From Candidatus Heimdallarchaeota archaeon (GTDB taxonomy: Archaea > Asgardarchaeota > Heimdallarchaeia > Heimdallarchaeales > Heimdallarchaeaceae), in NCBI GenBank assembly GCA_016839945.1, contig JAEOTE010000108.1, positions 14,365 to 78,364 of the forward strand: DNA of 64,000 nt, given 5' to 3'. Position 1 is the first letter of the stretch, and each line of letters opens with the position of its first letter. A program made the translations under genes and the position numbers. Shown one piece after another: positions 39,238 through 47,736 of this stretch. The notes beneath the pieces are model-generated. The model did no database searches. It saw only the letters and a list, made by a program, of their open reading frames with translations, and was not told the origin of the DNA.

Positions 39238-40154
39238 TAATGGGCACCTCCTGTTATTTCACTAATTGATTTGAACTCATTTTCCCTCATGTATTTCTTT
39301 ATTTTACTGATGAAGAATTTAATCATATTTTCAGGATAAGCAACTCCCAGAGCTGTTCCTATTTGCACAGCTGATGCACCAGCTAGAAGGTATTCTATTA
39401 CATCCTCTCCACTCATAATCCCTCCAGCACCAATTAGTGGTATTCTATCTTCGAATCTTTCGTATAAATCATAGATATATCTTACACCTATTGGTTTAAT
39501 AGCAGCACCTGATAATCCACCTTTCTTAAAACCAAGAATTGGTTGTTTTGTATGTATGTCAATGACCATTGCTTTTAGTGTGTTTATTGCTACTAGAGCA
39601 TCACAACCTCCATTTACTGCAGCTTCTGCAATTTCGATAACATCACTTACATTAGGAGTGAGTTTTACCCATAAAGGAACCTCTGTCTCTGATTTCAATC
39701 TTTTAACAATCTGAAAAACAGCTTCTGAATCTGTTCCAATTTGTATTCCACCTTTCTCAGTATTGGGACAACTTAGATTCAATTCAAAAGCTAAAACAGG
39801 AAAATCCTTTAAACCATTCAATATTTCAGAGAATTCGTTTTCATTTTCTCCAAATATTGAAACAATTGTAGGAACATGGTTTTTTACTAAAATCTCAACA
39901 TCTTCTCTAAAAACTTGATATCCTGGATTTGCTAATCCAACTGAATTTATTGCACTTCGAATTTCGTTTAATGCAAAAACACTTGGATTAGGATTACCTT
40001 TCCTGCTATTTAATCCTATACTCTTGGTAACAACAGCTCCCACTCCACCATTATAGATGCGTTGTAATGTAGAATATGAAGTTCCCATTACTCCCGATGC
40101 CAATATCAAAGGATTTCGAATATCTATCGAACCTATTTTGGTTATCAAGGACAT
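39237..40154 (-). CDS. pyrD: Dihydroorotate dehydrogenase, class 1B catalytic subunit
   Basis: FMN TIM-barrel sequence with catalytic Cys in ELNLSCPN and C-terminal GGI.SGEDV motif. Confidence 0.9.
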   Translation of the reverse strand: MSLITKIGSIDIRNPLILASGVMGTSYSTLQRIYNGGVGAVVTKSIGLNSRKGNPNPSVFALNEIRSAINSVGLANPGYQVFREDVEILVKNHVPTIVSIFGENENEFSEILNGLKDFPVLAFELNLSCPNTEKGGIQIGTDSEAVFQIVKRLKSETEVPLWVKLTPNVSDVIEIAEAAVNGGCDALVAINTLKAMVIDIHTKQPILGFKKGGLSGAAIKPIGVRYIYDLYERFEDRIPLIGAGGIMSGEDVIEYLLAGASAVQIGTALGVAYPENMIKFFISKIKKYMRENEFKSISEITGGAH

Positions 40155-40330
40155 GTTGAAAAAGTAAAAAAGAAGTAGAAAAACTTTGCTAATTCACAAC
40201 TCATGAAAAATCTACTTTTCAGAGGATACAATCTAAAAATTATTGAAAAACTTAACATATAACAAATTTGATAAAGACTTAAAAAATCTCTGAATAGAAT
40301 TATATATATTCACGTCTAGGAGACCTCCAT

Positions 40331-41035
40331 TTGGCAAAGATAGCAGTAATTTCTGATATTCATTCAAACATTTTTGCATTAGAGGAGGTTTTGAAAGACA
40401 TCCAAAAACGAAAGAACATCGATGAGATTATTTGTTTAGGGGATGTAGTAGGATACTATCCATATCCAAATGAGTGTATAGAGCTAGTTCGTGAAAACTG
40501 TTCTTCATGCATGTTAGGAAACCATGATAGTGGAGTTCTTGGAGATGAACCATCATTTTATTTTAATCCAACAGCGTATGAAATGATTGTTTGGACTAAA
40601 AAAGAGATTAAGTCTGATAATTTTAAATGGCTTACCACACTTCCCAGAAAGAAGACTATTGAAAGAAAAGGAAAATCAATGTTTCTTGTACATGGTTCAC
40701 CTTTCAACACTTTTGATTATTTTGATGCTTATTCCGATAAACAATGGAATTATATGCTGAAACAAGCATTTGAGAAAACTAAAACTGATTTATTGCTTGT
40801 AGGACATACACATGTCCCTATCAAAACTAAGTATGAAAAGAAGTTTTTCTTGAATCCAGGATCCGTAGGTCAACCTAGAAATGGTATTCCAGGAGCTTTT
40901 TATTCAATTATTAATCTCAATCCATTATCTATTACCATGGTTCACTTAAAATATGATTTCTCACCTCTACAGAAAAAAATGGAAAAACTGAGTTTACCAA
41001 AATCGCTTAGTGATAGACTTAATCATGGTTTATGA
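40331..41035 (+). CDS. Metallophosphoesterase (YfcE/MJ0936-like)
   Basis: IAVISDIHSN, LGDVVGY, GNHD and GHTH motifs. TTG start preceded by GGAG. Confidence 0.8.
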   Translation: MAKIAVISDIHSNIFALEEVLKDIQKRKNIDEIICLGDVVGYYPYPNECIELVRENCSSCMLGNHDSGVLGDEPSFYFNPTAYEMIVWTKKEIKSDNFKWLTTLPRKKTIERKGKSMFLVHGSPFNTFDYFDAYSDKQWNYMLKQAFEKTKTDLLLVGHTHVPIKTKYEKKFFLNPGSVGQPRNGIPGAFYSIINLNPLSITMVHLKYDFSPLQKKMEKLSLPKSLSDRLNHGL

Positions 41036-41048
41036 TTAATCAAAAATT

Positions 41049-41564
41049 CTAGCTATAACCGTTATATGGGTCCTCTTTTTCATCTATTTCCTTTAGTTCT
41101 TCTTCTAATTTATCATTGTATAAATCATGTAGAATAACTAAAGCTACACCTTTGTGGATTCCAGCCTTGATTGAGAGTTTTTGATAGCTTATTCCTGGAT
41201 TTTTAGGAATGATTTTTTCTCTTACATATCCTTTGAGGTTGTTGTAATTTGGAATAGATCTTATTCCATCTACCAAATCGCTTAATTTGCCGTTAAAGCC
41301 TTCAAAATTAACATCTGCTTTCTTCTGTTGTTTTATTTTTTCAAGCAGTTTATTATGTGATTCTTCCTCCTTTTTCCTTTCATCTTCAGCTTTTTTCTGA
41401 TTATCATCCAGATAGTGATATATAGTACTCATGTCATACCCCACAATGCGAGAACGTGTGTTACTCAGTAGAAGGAGTCGAGTAAAAAAAGGTTTTGTAA
41501 TATTAGTGAAAAGGTGAAACCTAAAACGTTCTTCTATAAGTGCAGATAAATGTCTGACTGACAA
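41049..41564 (-). CDS. Hypothetical protein (charged coiled-coil plus possible C-terminal winged helix)
   Basis: ORF only. The listed start is TTG. The first in-frame ATG is at 41432, giving a 127-aa product. No motif recognised. Confidence 0.4.
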   Translation of the reverse strand: MSVRHLSALIEERFRFHLFTNITKPFFTRLLLLSNTRSRIVGYDMSTIYHYLDDNQKKAEDERKKEEESHNKLLEKIKQQKKADVNFEGFNGKLSDLVDGIRSIPNYNNLKGYVREKIIPKNPGISYQKLSIKAGIHKGVALVILHDLYNDKLEEELKEIDEKEDPYNGYS

Positions 41565-41978
41565 AGAAATATCCTCACAAAAGAAAATAATTATAGTGTT
41601 AACGAAATAGAACTATTCCTCTTTCAAACAAACAGTTAGAGTTTTCACGATAGATTTGCTAGAAAAGATTTTCACCACTAAAAATAGATAAAAACAAGAA
41701 CTTATATGTGAAAAGATATCACTGACAATTTTCTTATTCATTAGAAAGCCTTAAACTGCTAAATAGTGATTTTTTGTCAGGTTTCTCTATGATGTATGCA
41801 TAATTAATTCACAATTAATTTAACTAGAGTTATGATAGAGACAACTAGAAAGAACTAGCTTTAACTTAATGAAGTAGAAATTATGCTTAATTAAAACAAA
41901 ATTAGTATGAATAAAGATGTGAAAGAACAATTTTTTAGTTATTAAAATTATTAAATGAAAGAATAGTTACATTTCTTT

Positions 41979-43469
41979 TTAATTCTCTATCCATTTCATA
42001 GCTTTTTTCACTGCTTTTTTCCAATTTTCTAGTAGAATATTTCTCTTTTTCTCACTCATCATTGGATAAAAGTCTTTATCAATTGCAAAGTTCTTCTTGA
42101 TATCTTCTAGACTTTTCCAATAATCTACTGCAAGACCAGCTAAATATGCTGCTCCCAAAGCTGTTGTTTCATTTATTTTTGGTTTTTGAACTATAATATT
42201 CGATATATCTGCTTGAAATTGCATCAAAGGCAAACAATTGGTTACTCCACCATCAACTCTGATTACTCTAATCTTTGTTTTAGAATCTTTTTCCATTGCA
42301 TTGAAAACATCTTCTGATTGGTAACAGATAGATTCTAGTGTTGCTCTTATGATATGTTCTTTTTTGGTTCCTCTTGTTAAACCAAGTAGAGTCCCTCGAG
42401 CATATGGATCCCAAAATGGTGCCCCCAATCCTGTAAAAGCTGGCACAAAAACTACACCTTGTGTATCAGAAACATCGTTCATTATACTCGTTAATTCTTC
42501 CTTGTTTGAGAGTATGTTTATCCCTTTCTCTAACCACTGTATTGCAGCACCTGTAATAAACACACTTCCTTCAAGAGCATAAGTTATATCTTTATCAATT
42601 TTCCAAGCAATAGTTGTAAGAAGGCCATTTTCTGATCTCACAGCTGTTTTGCCTGTGTTGAAAAGCATAAAATTACCCGTTCCATATGTATTTTTCACTT
42701 CTCCCTTATCAAAACAAGTCTGACCAAATAGAGCAGCTTGCTGATCACCAGCAGCCCCTGCAACAGGGATAGTCTCCTTAATGACATTCTTTTTCACTAA
42801 GCCATACGTTTCCTTATCACTACTCGGTCGAACTTCAGGTAAAATCTCAATGGGAATATTAAGAATTTCAAGCAATTCACTATCCCAAGATCCTTTGTGA
42901 ATATTGAACAACAAAGTCCTAGATGCGTTTGAATAATCAGTGACATTCTTACCTATCAAATTCCATATTAACCAACTATCGATTGTTCCAACAGCTAAAC
43001 TGTTATCCTTTAATTTATCCTGAACACTTTGTGAGTTCTCAATTAACCATTTTATTTTCGTACCTGAGAAATATGGATCCAGAACTAATCCAGTCTTCTT
43101 TGTGAATACTTCATTATACCCATCTTCTCTTAATTTATCACAAATATCAGCAGTTCTTCTACATTGCCAAACAATAGCATTATGTAAAGGTTTACCAGAA
43201 TTTTTATTCCAAGCTACAACTGTTTCTCTCTGATTTGTTATTCCAATAGAACATATATCTGAAAATTCTATTTTAGAAGAAACAACTGCATTATTAATCA
43301 CTTCTTGAGTTTTTTCCCAAATTTCAGTAGGACTGTGTTCAACCCAACCTGGTTGAGGATAAAATTGTTCATGCTCTATGTAAGATTTTGATATCTCCTC
43401 TCCTTTCTTGTTAAAAATCATAGCTCTTGTTCCAGTTGTCCCCTGATCTATGCTTAGCACATACTTCAT
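41979..43469 (-). CDS. glpK: Glycerol kinase
   Basis: FGGY-kinase sequence with YVLSIDQGTTGTRA N-terminus and LVLDPYFSGTKIKW motif. 496 aa. Confidence 0.95.
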   Translation of the reverse strand: MKYVLSIDQGTTGTRAMIFNKKGEEISKSYIEHEQFYPQPGWVEHSPTEIWEKTQEVINNAVVSSKIEFSDICSIGITNQRETVVAWNKNSGKPLHNAIVWQCRRTADICDKLREDGYNEVFTKKTGLVLDPYFSGTKIKWLIENSQSVQDKLKDNSLAVGTIDSWLIWNLIGKNVTDYSNASRTLLFNIHKGSWDSELLEILNIPIEILPEVRPSSDKETYGLVKKNVIKETIPVAGAAGDQQAALFGQTCFDKGEVKNTYGTGNFMLFNTGKTAVRSENGLLTTIAWKIDKDITYALEGSVFITGAAIQWLEKGINILSNKEELTSIMNDVSDTQGVVFVPAFTGLGAPFWDPYARGTLLGLTRGTKKEHIIRATLESICYQSEDVFNAMEKDSKTKIRVIRVDGGVTNCLPLMQFQADISNIIVQKPKINETTALGAAYLAGLAVDYWKSLEDIKKNFAIDKDFYPMMSEKKRNILLENWKKAVKKAMKWIEN

Positions 43470-43502
43470 TGTTAAACTAAAAAAACGATTATTAAAAACG
43501 TT

Positions 43503-44750
43503 TTAGGTTTTATATTCAAGAATTTTTTCTGTCTTAACTTTTTTTGAGCTAGGTATAGATTTAAGGGTTTCAAAGGGTTTTTCAATTATTGCTTTTTTAT
43601 CCTTTGTAGAATAGTATCTTCCTCTCCAATTAACTTTCTTACCTCTTAATCCAGTAATTATTGCTGCTCCAATAACTATGAAGTTTAGAATTTGTGTTAT
43701 TGGGAAGAACAAATAATAATACCATTTTGTGTCCCCTCTTTTTATCCAGTATAGATATACTGCTAAAGCATATGCAAGGTAAAGCCCTACATTTACAAAT
43801 ATCCCAATTGTGTAATCGAACCACATCCAACTTGGTCTGAATATAAAGGATTGAATAAGAAAGTATGGTGCAAAGAGGAAGTATATTAACCAGAAGATTA
43901 CAAACATTATTCTCCAAGGTGCGAGTGTAATTAAGCCACCCCAAATACTTCTCCTAAATGCCCTATAGAATTGTGAGAAACCTTCAGGGTACATTCTTGT
44001 TTTAACAATTTTTACTCCATCTATGAAGCTAAGTTTTAGTTCTTTTTCTTTACATAACTTTGCTAAAGCTACATCTTCTACAAGTGAATCACTAACTGCT
44101 AAATGCCCTCCCAGTTTAATATACCCTTTGCGAGTAAACATCATATATTGTCCTGAAGCTAAAAATGCATCTTTGCTATAAGGATTGTTAATTTCATTTC
44201 TTGGTCCTCCTGCAAGAAAACTTAAGAAATAGAGAAAACTTGGAAGAAACTCATGCCATTTGTTTGCTTTTTGATATGGAAATATTGAGAAAAGTACAGA
44301 TTCGGTACCCAAAAGATGGGAAACTGAAATCTTGAGAGATTCTGATTGATGAGTAGTATCTGCATCAGTAAATAACAATATTTCTCCTTTCGAGGCTAAG
44401 TAACCAACATGACATCCATAAGATTTACCAATCCAACCAGTGGGTAGATTTTCATCAATTATAACTTTAACTGGGTATTTTTTAGCAATCTCGATTGTTT
44501 TATCCTTTGAACCTCCATCCACCACAATTATTTCTTTATTTGAATACTCAATAGCAAGAAGACTCTCTAAACAATTTCGAATATTTAGTTCTTCTTCTAA
44601 AGTTGGAACAATTATACTCACAGAGGGAAGATCCCTTTCATCCAATCCTACGAATTGCCAGCCATTCCTGCTATACTGCAGTAGAACAAGAAAATATGCA
44701 AAGCATAATATGACTAAAGCAATATAGATAGACTCTAAAACAAATCCCAT
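43503..44750 (-). CDS. Membrane-integrated family 2 glycosyltransferase (lipid-type)
   Basis: GT-A core SVSIIVPTLEEE...IIVVDGGSKDKT...FTDADT flanked by an N-terminal TM and several C-terminal TM helices. ATG at 44750 preferred over the listed TTG at 44822. Confidence 0.8.
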   Translation of the reverse strand: MGFVLESIYIALVILCFAYFLVLLQYSRNGWQFVGLDERDLPSVSIIVPTLEEELNIRNCLESLLAIEYSNKEIIVVDGGSKDKTIEIAKKYPVKVIIDENLPTGWIGKSYGCHVGYLASKGEILLFTDADTTHQSESLKISVSHLLGTESVLFSIFPYQKANKWHEFLPSFLYFLSFLAGGPRNEINNPYSKDAFLASGQYMMFTRKGYIKLGGHLAVSDSLVEDVALAKLCKEKELKLSFIDGVKIVKTRMYPEGFSQFYRAFRRSIWGGLITLAPWRIMFVIFWLIYFLFAPYFLIQSFIFRPSWMWFDYTIGIFVNVGLYLAYALAVYLYWIKRGDTKWYYYLFFPITQILNFIVIGAAIITGLRGKKVNWRGRYYSTKDKKAIIEKPFETLKSIPSSKKVKTEKILEYKT

Positions 44751-44884
44751 TTTATAACTCCATTGTGAGTATTGATTATATGGAGTAATAAGTAATATAT
44801 ATATTTTATGAGTGGAAAACAATGCACTTTTGAATTTATTTCTTCAGAAGAAATAGAAGTAATTAATAAGAAAAGAAATGAAAA

Positions 44885-45850
44885 TTAAGTTGTTTGAATA
44901 GGACCTTCAGGAGTCATGTAAACAGTATGTTCATGCTGTGAAACATAAGCGTCTGAAGTATCAGATAAAACATGGTATTGATACAAGGCTCCTACTTGGA
45001 TTAATTCTCTAATTCCCATTTTAGCTTTTGCTGTACCCATTGCTTTGTAAATCCATCTTGTTGCTACAGGGAGTCTGTGATAATCCCTTTCCAACAGATA
45101 TCTTACTTGTTTTGCAGCATCAGTTCTTAATGGAAAACGACCTTCTGCTAGTCTAACAATATATAGTTTTGTTCTATCTGCGTGTGATTCTCCGGATCCA
45201 GTTGTTGCGAAAGTTTCTATTGCATATGCTTCATCTTGAAGTATTAGATCTCCTTTTCTACCTCCGACATTTGGAATAGTTTTAGGACCATGAACTCGAT
45301 AAGGTAACAGAAGATGTCCAGACAGATCTTTCACAGTTGTATATCCATAACCTTCAATAATACTTTCTATCAAATCTCCAAGTTTACCTGTATATCCTCC
45401 AACACGGATTACTTTTGCTGCAGTTTCTGTTGCTTCTCGACTAGCTTTGATTAAATCAGTATGTACATCGTTAAAAGCAACGGTTAATGCAGTATCTGCA
45501 ATAAAACCATCGTTTTGAACTCCCACATCGATTTTAACTACATCATTTCTTCTAATAATAAGTTCATCTTCCCAGGGAGATGAGTAATGTGCAGCATGAT
45601 TGTTTATTGCAACATTTAAAGGAAACGCAGGTTTCATTCCAGCTTCTTCAATCATTTTATCAGCTGTTTCACACAAAGTAAGTGCTTTTACACCAGGTTT
45701 TGCCTTTTCTTTAATATGCTCTCGAATTTTCTTAGCTACTTCGCCTGCTTTCTTATATTTATCTAAAGGAGTTTCTTCAATTTCTTCCTCTTCAACGGTT
45801 TCCTCTGCTTCTTCTTTTTTATCTGCAACCTTTTGTTTTTCGCTAGCCAT
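44885..45850 (-). CDS. map: Type 2 methionine aminopeptidase with a short charged N-terminal extension
   Basis: Archaeal/eukaryotic MetAP2-like sequence (AGEVAKKIRE, KIDVGVQNDGFIADTA, LSGH, FEHTV). ATG at 45850 preferred over the listed GTG at 45859. Confidence 0.9.
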   Translation of the reverse strand: MASEKQKVADKKEEAEETVEEEEIEETPLDKYKKAGEVAKKIREHIKEKAKPGVKALTLCETADKMIEEAGMKPAFPLNVAINNHAAHYSSPWEDELIIRRNDVVKIDVGVQNDGFIADTALTVAFNDVHTDLIKASREATETAAKVIRVGGYTGKLGDLIESIIEGYGYTTVKDLSGHLLLPYRVHGPKTIPNVGGRKGDLILQDEAYAIETFATTGSGESHADRTKLYIVRLAEGRFPLRTDAAKQVRYLLERDYHRLPVATRWIYKAMGTAKAKMGIRELIQVGALYQYHVLSDTSDAYVSQHEHTVYMTPEGPIQTT

Positions 45851-45974
45851 TATTTTCACCAGAGTTGAAAACTTCTTGTAATTTGTATATTTAACTTTGA
45901 TGTTTTAACACAATGTACATGCAAAACTTTGAATACAAAGGTATATTTAAGAAAATTCCATATTAATATCGAAG

Positions 45975-46238
45975 ATGTCAAAAGGAAAACAAGCTAAAAA
46001 TCTCAGTTGGCCATCAATACTTTTGTTGATTTTTATCATCCTGAAACTTACAAATGTAATCGATTGGTCATGGTTATGGGTCTTATCTCCTTTATGGATT
46101 GGAGCAGCTCTTGGACTCCTATTCTTTCTGGTAATTGGGTTGATACTATTAGCTGCAATTATAGGAATAGTAAGAAAAGAATCAAGAGTAGTGTCTACAA
46201 TAAGGGGAATGTTTAGAAAACAAGAGCAAGAAAGCTAA
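45975..46238 (+). CDS. Small membrane protein (two predicted TM helices)
   Basis: 87-aa ORF with two hydrophobic stretches and a basic C-terminus. Preferred over the overlapping alternative-frame ORF 46007-46216. Confidence 0.45.
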   Translation: MSKGKQAKNLSWPSILLLIFIILKLTNVIDWSWLWVLSPLWIGAALGLLFFLVIGLILLAAIIGIVRKESRVVSTIRGMFRKQEQES

Positions 46239-46336
46239 GATTAGAAACAATATTTACACAAGAAAGCAAAATATTCTTAAACAACGAACTTTTCATTTTT
46301 TTAGTTTACTTAAATTAAAAACCAATGTGATTAATT

Positions 46337-47707
46337 ATGGTACTCAACTTACAAGAGATTTTGAATAAAGTCCCTGATTATAAAGAGTTCATGACAGTTG
46401 ATGAACTTGATGAATCAAGCAGGAAATTAGCAGAACAGTATGATAGTGTTGATTTATTAGAAATTGGAAAAAGTGATAAAGGAAGACCAATTTTATGCTT
46501 AAAAGTTGGTAATGGAAAGAAAAATGCACTGTTATTTGCATTCCCACATCCCAATGAACCGATAGGTAGTATGACTGTCGAATATCTATCAAACTATCTT
46601 CCAAAGAATCCTAAACTTCTTCAAGAATTGGATTATACATGGTATTTCATAAAAGCTATTGATATTGAAGGTGCAATTCTAAATGAAGGTTGGTTCAAAG
46701 GAGATTTTACTCCATTAAAATATGCTCGTAACTACTATAGACCTCCTGGTCATGAACAGGTAGAATGGACATTTCCAATTAACTATAAAAAACTCAAATT
46801 TGATTCCCCACCACCAGAGACTAAAGCATTAATGAAAATTATTGATGAAGTAAAACCAAATTTCATGTTTAGTCTTCATAATGCAGGTTTTTGTGGTGTA
46901 TACTGGTATGTATCACACGATATTAAGGAAATGTATCCAGAATTTATTAAACTTGTAGAAGATCAAGATTTACCTATTCATCGTGGAGAACCTGAAACCC
47001 CATACATTAAAGAGCTTCATTCTGCAGTCTATAAAATGTTTGGAATTCAAGAAGCATATGATTTCTATGAAGAAAACGGAGTTGAAAATCCTCAAGAATT
47101 GATAAAAAACGGAACTTCATCAGACGATTACCTTAAGAGGGTAACTAATAATCAAGGTTATACATTAGTTTGTGAAATGCCATATTTCTACGATAAAGCA
47201 TTAGATGATGATTCTACATCTGAATATGATAGACGAGAATTAGTACTAGACAGAATTAACTTCAGCTTAGAGATGTATAAGTATACCAAAAAACGATTTG
47301 AACTGATTCGTGAATTTTGCAATCCAAAATCTCGAATATTTACATCTCTTGCAGACTATTTCGATAATTTTGAAAAAAGAATAGAACCTCGAATCCATTT
47401 TGCTAAAACTTCAGATAAGTATGAAGGTAAAGCAACTGTAGCTCAAGCTTTTGATTCGATGGTAGCAAGCCGATATTACAATTCTTTTGGATTAGCAATG
47501 ACATCAAGATTATGTACAGAAGTAATAAAAACCTACCCTGATAAAAGTGAAGAAGTAGCATTTATTAAATCAGAATTAGACTCAAAAGTAGAGAAGATGA
47601 TTGAAGATGTGTTAAGTAAAACAGTCTTTGAAGTAATTCCAATCCAAAAACTCGTAAAAGTTCAAGTTGGATGTGCATTAATTGCAATGAAACATCTAAA
47701 GGATTAA
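46337..47707 (+). CDS. M14-like zinc carboxypeptidase / deacylase superfamily protein (tentative)
   Basis: HxxE zinc motif in FPHPNEPIG, later SLHNAG, reminiscent of M14/AstE-AspA-type enzymes. Long helical C-terminal region of unknown function. Confidence 0.5.
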   Translation: MVLNLQEILNKVPDYKEFMTVDELDESSRKLAEQYDSVDLLEIGKSDKGRPILCLKVGNGKKNALLFAFPHPNEPIGSMTVEYLSNYLPKNPKLLQELDYTWYFIKAIDIEGAILNEGWFKGDFTPLKYARNYYRPPGHEQVEWTFPINYKKLKFDSPPPETKALMKIIDEVKPNFMFSLHNAGFCGVYWYVSHDIKEMYPEFIKLVEDQDLPIHRGEPETPYIKELHSAVYKMFGIQEAYDFYEENGVENPQELIKNGTSSDDYLKRVTNNQGYTLVCEMPYFYDKALDDDSTSEYDRRELVLDRINFSLEMYKYTKKRFELIREFCNPKSRIFTSLADYFDNFEKRIEPRIHFAKTSDKYEGKATVAQAFDSMVASRYYNSFGLAMTSRLCTEVIKTYPDKSEEVAFIKSELDSKVEKMIEDVLSKTVFEVIPIQKLVKVQVGCALIAMKHLKD

Positions 47708-47736
47708 GTAATTGAAAAAAGAAAAAGGAAGAAAAA

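Noticed and set aside
46007-46216. 69-aa ORF overlapping the small membrane protein ORF 45975-46238 in another frame.
   Set aside because: The longer frame gives a coherent two-TM protein. The alternative frame has no features and is nested within it.
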